Shown here piece by piece: positions 16,888 through 25,574 of a DNA stretch of 27,143 bases. This DNA comes from Clostridiaceae bacterium. GTDB lineage: Bacteria; Bacillota; Clostridia; Saccharofermentanales; UBA5734. Each line of letters opens with the position of its first letter. The stretch's first letter is position 1. Under the pieces are notes generated by a model. That model was not told the DNA's origin. It saw only the letters and a program-made list of their open reading frames with translations, and did not search any database. Where the stretch lies: NCBI GenBank assembly GCA_012522285.1, contig JAAYKS010000108.1, forward strand, positions 1-27,143, in the 5' to 3' direction. The position numbers and the translations under genes were made by a program.

Positions 16888-18177
16888 TCATTCCTTCTCC
16901 CGCAAGGACGATTCCGGCAAGGACACCTGCTGTCGCCGGGCATGCCATTTTTCCACCAGCAGGGAAACGAACCAGCCTGCCGCGGGATGGACCGTCAGGC
17001 CAACTGCGACACAAATCGCCGCCGTTCCCCGGTCGGAGCCGGTGCGGAGGGTCGCCAGACCTGTTTCCAGCAAGGGAAGGTAGATGCCAAAGAGCAGGAC
17101 CATCCACAACAGCGGGGGAAAGACCGCCAGGTCAATAGGAAACCCCAACAACCCTGCCGTGACGCCAAAAAGCCCCAACCACAACGCGCTGCGGCGGAGT
17201 GGCCCGCGTACGACACCCAGCGGAATCATAAAGCTCCGCCAGACCGCCGCGGTCTGCGCACCCCCGAGCAGGACACCTGCCAGATTCCGGACCCCAACCA
17301 GATATGCGGTCTTGCGAAAATCGATGGTCGGCACGGTTCCGGTATCGCCACTGTGCCCCTGCAGGACCGCCTGCACGGCCAATGCGTCGATCGGCCACAT
17401 CACGAGAGCCAAAAGAACAAACGGCACTGCGCGCAAAAATCCTTGCCACTCCATGCCCCACCCGATCCCCCACAGTTCCTGCCACCAACGCGCCGGGTCG
17501 ACGATCGGCAACCCGACCCCCGTGGACCATTCAGGGAAATGGCCGAAAAGGAAGGCAAGGAGCAGGGCAGTGACAGCGCAGACCGGAATTGTCAGCCACC
17601 GTGCATGGAGCCGCTTGAGCGAGATTGACCAGGCGATGCCGGCGGTCAGCAACAACAGGGCAGGCAGGGTACCGTTTTCCGAGGCGGCCCACCGGTGAAG
17701 GCCCAAAAGACCACTCTGAAAACCCATGAGTGAAAACAACACCAGGATGCCCCCGCGCGTTCCGGGACCGTTGAGCCGCATGAGGCGGTCCTGCCAGCCG
17801 AGCAACGCGGTCAGCAACCCCGCCACGCCGGCGAGCAGCCCGAACGACAAGGGATGCACCCCGGCGGCTGCCATCGCAGGGACCAGCGCAATCAGCGGAG
17901 CGAGCGTGCCGGGAGGGCCGGCCGGTACCCGCAGGGCAACCGTCACGACGAGGGTCAGCACACTCGCAAGAATCAGTTCGAGTCGCACATTTTCCCGGAC
18001 AAACGTCGGATCCAAAATGCCGAGAGCAGACGCCCAGGCAGAAGCGAAAGCGGCGACCAACGCAATCTTGCCGATCACGCCGGACAGGGCGGGGATCAGG
18101 CTTTTGATCTTTCCGCTCCGTTTATCCGTCGAATCGGAAGGTTGGGTAGAGCAAGAAGAAGAGCAGGGTTTAGTCAT
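16888..18177 (-). CDS. DUF3360 family membrane protein (nucleobase/xanthine-uracil permease-like), 429 aa
   Basis: LIPALSGVIGKIALVAA, ENVRLELILAS, HPLSFG, WPIDALA and RSFMIPL, with about 12 hydrophobic segments. AAAGGA RBS 7 nt before ATG 18177. Confidence 0.75.
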   Translation of the reverse strand: MTKPCSSSCSTQPSDSTDKRSGKIKSLIPALSGVIGKIALVAAFASAWASALGILDPTFVRENVRLELILASVLTLVVTVALRVPAGPPGTLAPLIALVPAMAAAGVHPLSFGLLAGVAGLLTALLGWQDRLMRLNGPGTRGGILVLFSLMGFQSGLLGLHRWAASENGTLPALLLLTAGIAWSISLKRLHARWLTIPVCAVTALLLAFLFGHFPEWSTGVGLPIVDPARWWQELWGIGWGMEWQGFLRAVPFVLLALVMWPIDALAVQAVLQGHSGDTGTVPTIDFRKTAYLVGVRNLAGVLLGGAQTAAVWRSFMIPLGVVRGPLRRSALWLGLFGVTAGLLGFPIDLAVFPPLLWMVLLFGIYLPLLETGLATLRTGSDRGTAAICVAVGLTVHPAAGWFVSLLVEKWHARRQQVSLPESSLREKE

Positions 18178-18300
18178 GCATGAATCCTTTCTGATTCATG
18201 CAAAAATACCAGTATATTGAGTGAAAATCAAGCGATATTCGATAATAATTGCATATTCGTCATTCGGTTTATGCAAATCCTACCAAAACGCTCATGCAAA
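18177..18300 (-). promoter_or_regulatory. AT-rich upstream region of DUF3360 with two inverted repeats sharing TGCAT half-sites
   Basis: TGCATGAATC-N6-GATTCATGCA (18177-18202), TTGCATA-N14-TATGCAA (18249-18276), and -10-like TATACT at 18211-18216. Confidence 0.55.
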
Positions 18301-18306
18301 ACACAC

Positions 18307-18651
18307 TCAATGCCGGAACCCAATCTCATCGAGGATCCGCTCCACCGTGCCGACAAAACTGTCTTCGGCCCCCCAGGAAAACGAAAAAAGCGCTCCTTGC
18401 CCACCGCCCGATCCGATGGCGTCCACCTGGACCTGACCGCCCTGACCTGAGACCACCACCGTCAGGCTGGCCCGGTTGGACGCACGCATAAAGTACTTTT
18501 CAAACACCATCACAACCACTGTGCCTTCACCCAGTCTCCGCTGGACACGGTCAATCAGCGAGCAGCTGAGTCCGCTCGACTCAATACGGTCTGCCAGCAG
18601 AGAAGCGATCTGCGTCGCGTCACCGTTTCCGTAGCGTGTTGCTTTTGCCAT
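18307..18651 (-). CDS. DUF6054 family protein, 114 aa
   Basis: VFEKYFMRASNRASLTVVV...DAIGSGGGQGALFSFSWGAE motif. AGGAGG RBS. Confidence 0.8.
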   Translation of the reverse strand: MAKATRYGNGDATQIASLLADRIESSGLSCSLIDRVQRRLGEGTVVVMVFEKYFMRASNRASLTVVVSGQGGQVQVDAIGSGGGQGALFSFSWGAEDSFVGTVERILDEIGFRH

Positions 18652-18672
18652 GGGGGTCCTCCTGTCGATACT

Positions 18673-19734
18673 TTAGTGCAGGTAAGCCCGCACCCGTGTG
18701 CGCGAGCCCGGTTGCAGTTCGGCCAGCACGGGGCCCTGCAGAAACAGTGGGTCATTGGATCCTGCCGGTGTCAGCATCAAAAAATGCGTCCCAAGAATGG
18801 CATCCCCGAGGCGGATGGTGTTCATGGGGTCGAACCCGGCCAGGGAAAAGTCTCCTTCGATCCGCTGGGAATGGCTGTCCTGAAATGACGCAAAGGCACG
18901 GACACGTTCTTCGCGGAGAGATTGCGCCAGGCGGGCGACCTCGCCATCCGGATCTGCCTCATCGGAGCTTGCGGGCCGGATATCCGCACTCAAGAGTTCG
19001 AACAAGGTCTCCTGAACCGCACCGATGTCGTGCCCGACCGGCCGACCGGCCTCCTCGCAAACCAAGGCGAACACTGCCCCGGTGGTATACGTCATGCGCC
19101 GCACGTCAAACAATCGGGTCCCCGGATCGGTCAATATCGTCAGATGGTGTTCGATCCGGGCCATTGCTTTGTCCGGCGCGATCCGCTCCAGCGTCCGGAT
19201 GCCGATGTATTCGGCCAGCCCTTCATGCGTTTCAGACAAAAACTCGCTGCGCGCGGCGTCGCCAAAGAGAGAGACGCGGTCTTTGCGGTATGCCATGAAC
19301 CGTTCGAGCCGTTCTCGTTTCCGCGAAAAGGAGGTGGATCGGTAGGCTTCCGCCAGCATCTTGTTTTCCAGGGCTCTGCGACGGAAGATCTCCACATCGA
19401 CCGAGTCCTCCAAAAAATCCAGCACCATCGGTTGGCGCAGGTCCTTCCGGATTTGTTGAAACGCGTGGAACATCTCGTGGACAAGTCCGGCGGCCAGCGT
19501 GTCCCGGTCTTCATGTTCGGGATCCGGCACCTGCCAGATTGCCACTTGGTTCCCCTCAAACGTAATCGCAGTGTTGCCCAAAAAGCGGTTGTCGTGCGGG
19601 AGGATGCGGTCACCCGGGAGCCATACGCCGGTCTGATTGTACAAAGCAAACGGCAGGCGAGCAAAGCCCGGCCACAAGCTTCCAAATGCGATCCGATCGA
19701 GGATGCCCTCCATCTCCCGGTACAGCGCTCTCAT
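18673..19734 (-). CDS. Putative cytoplasmic zinc metallopeptidase (HExxH...E, gluzincin-like), 353 aa
   Basis: AGLVHEMFHAFQ with a downstream HEGLAEY. No signal peptide. ATG 19734 overlaps the upstream stop (ATGA). Confidence 0.7.
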   Translation of the reverse strand: MRALYREMEGILDRIAFGSLWPGFARLPFALYNQTGVWLPGDRILPHDNRFLGNTAITFEGNQVAIWQVPDPEHEDRDTLAAGLVHEMFHAFQQIRKDLRQPMVLDFLEDSVDVEIFRRRALENKMLAEAYRSTSFSRKRERLERFMAYRKDRVSLFGDAARSEFLSETHEGLAEYIGIRTLERIAPDKAMARIEHHLTILTDPGTRLFDVRRMTYTTGAVFALVCEEAGRPVGHDIGAVQETLFELLSADIRPASSDEADPDGEVARLAQSLREERVRAFASFQDSHSQRIEGDFSLAGFDPMNTIRLGDAILGTHFLMLTPAGSNDPLFLQGPVLAELQPGSRTRVRAYLH

Positions 19735-20546
19735 CCCTGTCCCCCGTCCAGAAATCTGCGTACGATCTTGCGGTTGACCCCTGTCTCCCCCGGCAGCGCA
19801 AGCCACAACCGCGACGCCGCGACCAACACGCGCCACCCCTGGATCGGAAGTTCGTCCACCCCAGCCAGCGTTCGATATCGTGCGACATATGCGGCTCCCA
19901 CCGCTTCGCGGGCCGCATTCATAGCGTGCCCGGTTTCCGACGGAGTGTCCGGGGGGAGTGCCCGGCTTTCGAACACGAGCATCGTGCGCGCGACATCCGC
20001 CCACGGATTGCCGGCCGTCGCGTCGCACCAGTCGATCACGACATCCCCTCCGGGTGTGCGCAAGATGTTGTCCGGATGAAAATCATTGTGGCAAAACCGG
20101 TTTCCGGTCTCCTGCGCGGCAAGCAATGCGAGCAGACGGTCGATTTCCTCCGGGCGAAGGTCCGGGGCGCGCCGAATTCGGGCTTCCAACCAGTCGGTCA
20201 ACGATGTCAATCCGGTATCGATCCGATTTTTGTGGATGGAAAAATGCAATGTCGCCATCTCCGCACCGACTGACTCGACAGATGCGGCGCCACTCAGTAA
20301 AGCCAAAATCAGGCTTTGACCTGAGACCCGGTCCATTATGATCGCCGGCTGTCCGTCCCATGTCGTGACCTCGTATATCCTCGGCACGGGCAGACCGCAC
20401 GCAAGCGCCAGACGAGTGTTCTCCGCCTCACGATCGATCGCGGGATTGTCCGCGTGGGTATGGAACACCTTGGCGACGCGGTCCGGGCCGCAAGCATACA
20501 CCGTTGCATCGGCTCCCCGGCCGACCACAGTTGGATCAATCCGCAT
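19731..20546 (-). CDS. Aminoglycoside phosphotransferase / choline kinase-like family protein, 271 aa
   Basis: GRGADATVY glycine loop, VAKVF, Brenner motif CHNDFHPDNIL and VIDW. ATG 20546 has a GAGGAG RBS. Confidence 0.85.
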   Translation of the reverse strand: MRIDPTVVGRGADATVYACGPDRVAKVFHTHADNPAIDREAENTRLALACGLPVPRIYEVTTWDGQPAIIMDRVSGQSLILALLSGAASVESVGAEMATLHFSIHKNRIDTGLTSLTDWLEARIRRAPDLRPEEIDRLLALLAAQETGNRFCHNDFHPDNILRTPGGDVVIDWCDATAGNPWADVARTMLVFESRALPPDTPSETGHAMNAAREAVGAAYVARYRTLAGVDELPIQGWRVLVAASRLWLALPGETGVNRKIVRRFLDGGQG

Positions 20547-21627
20547 GGCGCTCCTCTGTCTGCTGCTCCGATCCATCCCGCACCGTTTCCTGGTACAGGG
20601 AGATCGAAGGGAGCGCCATGGAGATTTCCATCTCCCGAGCCATGTTCAGGATCGCGAGGTTGATCTTTTCCCGCACCCGCAACATCTCTGCGTAGTCCGG
20701 GTTGGTGCGATAGGCAATAAACACTTCAAGTGAGGAAGCCGCGAACTTTTCGAACGCGACCAGCACGCTGTCCGGTTCCACTTCGGGATCCTCGTTCAAC
20801 AGGGTTTTGACCCCTTCCACAAACGCGGCGACCGCTGCGGCCGGCGTCGCATATACGAGCCCGATATGGAATGCCACGCGACGTGAACTGCGCAATGCGC
20901 CGTTGGAGACGATGCTCGAAGCCAGCTTGCTGTTTGGAACAGAAAGGATGGATTGATCGATCACGCGGATTTTGGTGCTTCGCAGTCCCACCGCGACCAC
21001 TGTACCGGCGAAGCCGTCAAACTCCACCCAATCCCCGATTTCAAACGGTTTGTCCACCATGATCGCGATGCTGCCGAATAGATTGGATGCGGTGTCCTGA
21101 GCCGCCAGCGCGAGCGCGAGCCCGCCGATGCCAAGTCCGGCCACCAATCCGGATATATCCGTCACCCAGCGAGAGAGTACCGCAAAGATGGCAAAGACGA
21201 ATACCATCGCTTTGAGCGCGATGGTAATGTAGTTGGCGGCGTTCGCGTCCACCTTGCCGGGCGCTGCGCGTTCGGGATCCAGCAGCAGGCTTGCGACCAG
21301 ACCCGCAGCGGCATACAGCGTCCAAAACGCAGCCAGCAAAAACAGGGTGGACAGCACATTGGCCGCCACTCTTTCATAAGGAGCGGGGATCGACAACAAA
21401 GGCAACACCGCACGTGCGGTGCCCGCCAAAAAGAAAAAGGAAAGTGGACGCAAAAGCGCGGATCGAACCCGTGTGTACCGGTCGGCGTTTCGGCGGCGCA
21501 GTCTTGCGAACAAGATCCGGACCGTCAGCTTTGCCAACGGAGTACGAAGAAAGAGAAGCGCAACCACGAAGGCGACGGCGACCAGACGAGGTGCGAGAAC
21601 GGTCCATTCAAAGAAATCGGGCGGCAT
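20536..21627 (-). CDS. mscS: Small-conductance mechanosensitive channel (MscS family), 363 aa
   Basis: GLGIGGLALALAAQDTASNLFGSIAIMVDKPFEIGDWV...GLRSTKIR...VPNSKL. GGAGG RBS. Confidence 0.92.
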   Translation of the reverse strand: MPPDFFEWTVLAPRLVAVAFVVALLFLRTPLAKLTVRILFARLRRRNADRYTRVRSALLRPLSFFFLAGTARAVLPLLSIPAPYERVAANVLSTLFLLAAFWTLYAAAGLVASLLLDPERAAPGKVDANAANYITIALKAMVFVFAIFAVLSRWVTDISGLVAGLGIGGLALALAAQDTASNLFGSIAIMVDKPFEIGDWVEFDGFAGTVVAVGLRSTKIRVIDQSILSVPNSKLASSIVSNGALRSSRRVAFHIGLVYATPAAAVAAFVEGVKTLLNEDPEVEPDSVLVAFEKFAASSLEVFIAYRTNPDYAEMLRVREKINLAILNMAREMEISMALPSISLYQETVRDGSEQQTEERHAD

Positions 21628-21733
21628 GATGCATTCCTCCGGAAACTGGTTGTTTCATAGGCTTTCGCCAACGAAACCATTGTATACCACCGATCCCGGA
21701 ACACCAAAATCGAAACGGTTACGGCGATCCCTT

Positions 21734-23440
21734 CTACGCCCTGATCCGAACCTCAAAGCATCCGTCCGGATCAGGTCGGATCCGGACCTCGCGCGCTCCA
21801 AACCCGCCAGTGAGGAAAAAGATGTGTGCGGGATCCGGTTCCGCGTTCGGACTCTCGACGATTGCCCCCTCGGCGATGATGGGAAGCACAAAGACGGCGT
21901 CGTCAAAGCGTCCTTCCATCTTGCCCAGGATCTCGACGCTGTTCGCGGTAAACCGGTAGGACAGTCGGCAGGTCGCGGGAGGATCGGCAGGGACTTGCTC
22001 CAGATCGACCAACGAGGCATCAACCTGCATCGACACGGCCCCCGGGGATTGCTCCGCCCGGATGTCCGCCCGGGTGTCGTAACACTGCGCGTAACGCCGC
22101 TTGCCGGACAGGCGCTCCACCCGAGGGGTAAGCGGTCGGTGCCGAGCCCGATTGAGCGGAAGCTGCATGTTGAGTGGCTCGACCAGCCGGTAGTCCACAA
22201 CAGATGAGGCGATGACCGGGCCAAGTCGTCGATGCCACAGCAAGGTCAGGGTGCCGCCGGTCGCATGCCCCGCGTCGATGCCAAAATCGTAGCCTGTCAC
22301 TGTCGCATGCCAATCCCCCACCGCGATTTTCCAGGTATCTATTTCCGGATAATGACGGAGCGGCGCGGGATGGTCGCAGGGCAACGGGACAGCCGGCCCT
22401 TCGCCGCCATCTTTTGCCCCGCATTCCAGCGCCGCGGCAAGCGCGTTCGCGTGGGTGATCGTGTGGTGCACACAAGGGGGTTCCCCGTGTGAGTGATAGT
22501 GCAGGCCGCCGTGCAGCAGGCCGTCATGAGTACAAGCCGCCAGCAGGCGTGTATTGCGCAGGGCAGCCTCCGCAAAGGCGGGGTGCAGATCGCACAGAAC
22601 CGCATAGGCACCCTGACAGCCGTCCGACGTCCGGCTGCCCCAGTAAGTCCACTTGTTGTTCCGCGAGCCGAACGAGTTGTCCCATCCCCCGTCCGGGATC
22701 ATGAACTCCAATTGGCGCAGCAGGATATCGGTCAAGCGTGTCAACAAACCATCTTCTCCCGACTCCCGCGCGTAGAGGACCAAAGCGGGCAGGGATTCTT
22801 CCGCGTTGTAGCCGATGTCAACCGGACGGCAACCTCGAGGGGTCAGCGCCTCCCTGGGACGACCCTCTCCCCACAACAATCCCTCCGGCGTGAAATGCGC
22901 CATCGAGTATGCCGCCAATCGGCGGGCGCGGGCGATGTAGTCCGGTCTGTCGAACTTCCGTCCCAGAAGTGCCATCGCCGCGGCGTTGGAAACCGGATAG
23001 TTGATGTTGGTGGGATAGTCTTCGTCGATCGTCTCATACAGCCATGACCCCATCCAGGCCAGACGGGCTTCCCATTGTCCGCGCACAGCTGGCGGGAGCA
23101 GATGACCGTACCGGTCCAGCGCTTCGCACAACCCGATCGCGGAAAACACCGTGATCCCTCGCCACTCACTGTTGGGGTCGTTGTACAGACTCCCGTCGTC
23201 GCACAGCATGTTCGCCTGCCAGTCAAACAACCGCATCGCCGCTGTCAGATAGCGCGGATCGCCCGTCCGGTCCGCCAGTAGCATCAAAGGCCGGATCGCA
23301 TTGTCCGCCCGTCCGTGCATGATCTTGCAGGCCGGACAGAGGATGCCGCCGTCCAGCCGGGGATCGCCGGTGCCATACATCTGGAGAGAGACCAGGCGGT
23401 CGCACCAGGTGGTCAGAAGGTCAAGATACAGGTTCGCCAT
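21734..23440 (-). CDS. Uncharacterised 568-aa protein; possible (alpha/alpha)n toroid plus beta-sandwich carbohydrate-active enzyme
   Basis: Long ORF with a GGAGG RBS. Helical repeat-like N-terminal two-thirds (YLTAAMRLFDW, YIARARRLAAY) and a beta-rich C-terminus. Motifs CPACKIMHGR and CVHHTITH. The fold is inferred. Confidence 0.6.
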   Translation of the reverse strand: MANLYLDLLTTWCDRLVSLQMYGTGDPRLDGGILCPACKIMHGRADNAIRPLMLLADRTGDPRYLTAAMRLFDWQANMLCDDGSLYNDPNSEWRGITVFSAIGLCEALDRYGHLLPPAVRGQWEARLAWMGSWLYETIDEDYPTNINYPVSNAAAMALLGRKFDRPDYIARARRLAAYSMAHFTPEGLLWGEGRPREALTPRGCRPVDIGYNAEESLPALVLYARESGEDGLLTRLTDILLRQLEFMIPDGGWDNSFGSRNNKWTYWGSRTSDGCQGAYAVLCDLHPAFAEAALRNTRLLAACTHDGLLHGGLHYHSHGEPPCVHHTITHANALAAALECGAKDGGEGPAVPLPCDHPAPLRHYPEIDTWKIAVGDWHATVTGYDFGIDAGHATGGTLTLLWHRRLGPVIASSVVDYRLVEPLNMQLPLNRARHRPLTPRVERLSGKRRYAQCYDTRADIRAEQSPGAVSMQVDASLVDLEQVPADPPATCRLSYRFTANSVEILGKMEGRFDDAVFVLPIIAEGAIVESPNAEPDPAHIFFLTGGFGAREVRIRPDPDGCFEVRIRA

Positions 23441-23583
23441 GGGAAAGGTCCTCCGTTAAGGCGTCTTGGATTGTGTCCCCGATTGTACCTTTTCCGGATG
23501 TCGGGCGACATGTGTATACTCTGAAGAGGCAGTCGTTTTGCCATCACATTGAATGGGATCCCATCTTCAGGAGGAACCGCCAC

Positions 23584-24195
23584 ATGACAAACCCCCTTTG
23601 TCCCGACCGCAAAGAAGCGGATCGGCTGTTGACATGGGCCGGCACTCAGAACCCCGGACTTTGGGTGGATCACTGCAGAGTCGTGGCGCGTGTGGCGGAA
23701 ACCGTCGCCCGCTGGTGCGGGATGGATGGAGACCGCGCTTATGCACTGGGACTGCTCCACGACACCGGACGATATGAAGGCGTCAGCGACCTGCACCACG
23801 TGATCGCGGGCTACGCGCTGCTATGCGAAAATGGATACAGGGACGCCGCCAGGATCTGTCTGACCCATTCGTTCTCCTATCCGGATCTGCGTGCCTATTT
23901 GGGAAAACAGGACTGCTCCGAGGAAGAACTTGCCTTTCTACGGACTTTCCTGGAAACAGCCGAATACGACGACGAGGATCGGCTCATCCAGCTGGGGGAC
24001 GCGCTGGGGTCCGCGCACGGAGTCGTCCTGCTCGACATCCGTCTGCTGGATGTCATCCGTCGACACGGATTCGCGGAACTGGGTCAAAAGAAAATCGAAA
24101 CGGTGTTTGCGATTAAAGCACATTTTGATCGGCTTGCCGGTCTCAATATCTATACGTTATTTTCGGATGAAATCCAGACCAACTGCTTCGGCTAA
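23584..24195 (+). CDS. HD domain-containing phosphohydrolase, 203 aa
   Basis: WVDHCRVVA...ALGLLHDTGR...ICLTHSF...QLGDAL. ATG 23584 has an AGGAGG RBS. Extended -10 TGTGTATACT at 23511-23520. Confidence 0.88.
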   Translation: MTNPLCPDRKEADRLLTWAGTQNPGLWVDHCRVVARVAETVARWCGMDGDRAYALGLLHDTGRYEGVSDLHHVIAGYALLCENGYRDAARICLTHSFSYPDLRAYLGKQDCSEEELAFLRTFLETAEYDDEDRLIQLGDALGSAHGVVLLDIRLLDVIRRHGFAELGQKKIETVFAIKAHFDRLAGLNIYTLFSDEIQTNCFG

Positions 24196-24214
24196 CCTCA
24201 CGGGGGAGGCGCGT

Positions 24215-24802
24215 ATGCCGGGAACCATTTTTCATCTATATGTGGCACAACGGTTTGCTGAGCGCAATCCCGCCGTGCCGGCATCTCCGGATTACTATCT
24301 CGGCCATGTGGCACCGGACGCGGTATTGCTGCGTTCGGACGCGGACGCAGGTCTTCATGCCGTCACTCACCTGAAACAGGATGGCATTCCGTGGGAGCGC
24401 TCCGTGCTGGAGTCTCTTCGCCGCCTCGACCATCCTTCGGTTTATCTGCTGGCCTTCCATTTGCACGTGCTGGTAGACGTAGTGTTTTATGAACAGCTCC
24501 ATACGCGCCGGAACGGAGCGTCCGCTTATGGTAGCGCTATGGAAGTACTGGACCGGAACCTCTCGGCACGGATGACGGATCTTCCGGCAATCGTCGCCCT
24601 GATGGCCAAGGCAAAGCCAGCCGATCCCACCCCCGGAACAACAAACGACGACCTGGCCGCCATGGTGGCGGACTGCCGTCGTCTGGTTGCCGAAGCACCC
24701 GGCCGAGCGGAGGAGCCTCCGGATCCGGTCGAATACCCCTTACATCGTCTGCTGGCGTTGACCGATCCGATCGTCACCTATCTGGAAAATTGTTTACACT
24801 AG
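24215..24802 (+). CDS. Zinc-dependent phospholipase C-like family protein, 195 aa
   Basis: N-terminal MPGTIFHL, YYLGHVAPD, THL and AFHLHVLVD metal-ligand pattern. ATG 24215 has a GGGAGG RBS. Confidence 0.7.
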   Translation: MPGTIFHLYVAQRFAERNPAVPASPDYYLGHVAPDAVLLRSDADAGLHAVTHLKQDGIPWERSVLESLRRLDHPSVYLLAFHLHVLVDVVFYEQLHTRRNGASAYGSAMEVLDRNLSARMTDLPAIVALMAKAKPADPTPGTTNDDLAAMVADCRRLVAEAPGRAEEPPDPVEYPLHRLLALTDPIVTYLENCLH

Positions 24803-24821
24803 AGGACTAAACTCGTCCCAC

Positions 24822-25319
24822 TCAGGATTCGATCTGCCCCAGAATAAACGGCAAGACCTGATCCGGCTCCAACTCGAGGATCAGCGCCAGTTCGTTGTAA
24901 AGCAGTTTCTCCGCTATTTTCATCGCGTCTGCATCCGCACCGGACAGCTTTTTGTCCCTTTTTTCCAGTTCGATTTTGCGATGATGGATCATCTTGATCC
25001 ACTGCGCCAGTTTTCTGGTTTCGCACGAATGGAGCATTTCGGTGAACATGTTCTTGCGGAGAGAGTCGTCCTCGACCCACTCGCTATCGATGTCCGGCAG
25101 TTCCTGGATCAATGCGAGGATTTCCTCTTTGGTATGGATCCTGCGGAAATGTTCTTGATTGTGGTCCGTCGGGAGATATACCGTCTCGTTGTTTCCATAC
25201 ACGGGGCGCAGCACATAATACTCGCGCGCCGGCATGCCACTAAAGCTTTTCTCGACGATCTCGGCGATCTGGCAGACCCCGGTCGATCCGAAAACAACAT
25301 AATCGTTCACTTGCAGCAT
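24822..25319 (-). CDS. carD: CarD family (CdnL/YdeB-like) RNA polymerase-binding transcription factor, 165 aa
   Basis: VNDYVVFGSTGVCQIAEI...YYVLRPVY...LSGADADAMKIAEKLLYNELALIL. GAGGAGG RBS. Confidence 0.9.
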   Translation of the reverse strand: MLQVNDYVVFGSTGVCQIAEIVEKSFSGMPAREYYVLRPVYGNNETVYLPTDHNQEHFRRIHTKEEILALIQELPDIDSEWVEDDSLRKNMFTEMLHSCETRKLAQWIKMIHHRKIELEKRDKKLSGADADAMKIAEKLLYNELALILELEPDQVLPFILGQIES

Positions 25320-25465
25320 TCTGTTCCTCCTCAGGCGTTCCTCTCCGCATGGCAGGTGCTGCGCTTGCTACGATACACTTGGCGGCATGTGGTAGAGGAT
25401 CCGTATACGTTCTTCCCTGTCCGATATCCGGCACCATGGGGACGTTACGTTGTACTACTATTGTA
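25320..25465 (-). promoter_or_regulatory. Putative -10 (TACAAT, 25460-25465) and a 5' leader of about 135 nt for carD; candidate structured cis-regulatory RNA
   Basis: The -10 is seen directly. Potential stems are TCCC/GGGA enclosing GT-CCG/CGG-AC, TACG-GAT/ATCGTA and GCAG/CTGC, and an anti-SD-like TCCTC is present. Confidence 0.45.
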
Positions 25466-25574
25466 CCGCCAAATCCCGATTTTCCCTAATGGGCAATCTG
25501 CTGAATCCGATCTACCAGTCGGAAGCGATCCCTCCTCAACATCTTGAAAAAAGTCTACAGATTGTCCCTCCGAC

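Noticed and set aside
19731-20546. Phosphotransferase as an aminoglycoside resistance gene
   Set aside because: Only superfamily motifs are visible. I recognise no named APH, and there is no mobile context.
21744-21789. Short direct repeat ATCCG(A/G)ACCTC giving EVRIR twice at a protein C-terminus
   Set aside because: It is an 11-nt coding repeat, too short to indicate a mobile element or array.
25240-25437. 65-aa ORF in the carD leader as a possible leader peptide
   Set aside because: It has no RBS, overlaps carD out of frame and shows no compositional signal. An RNA-structure explanation is preferred.
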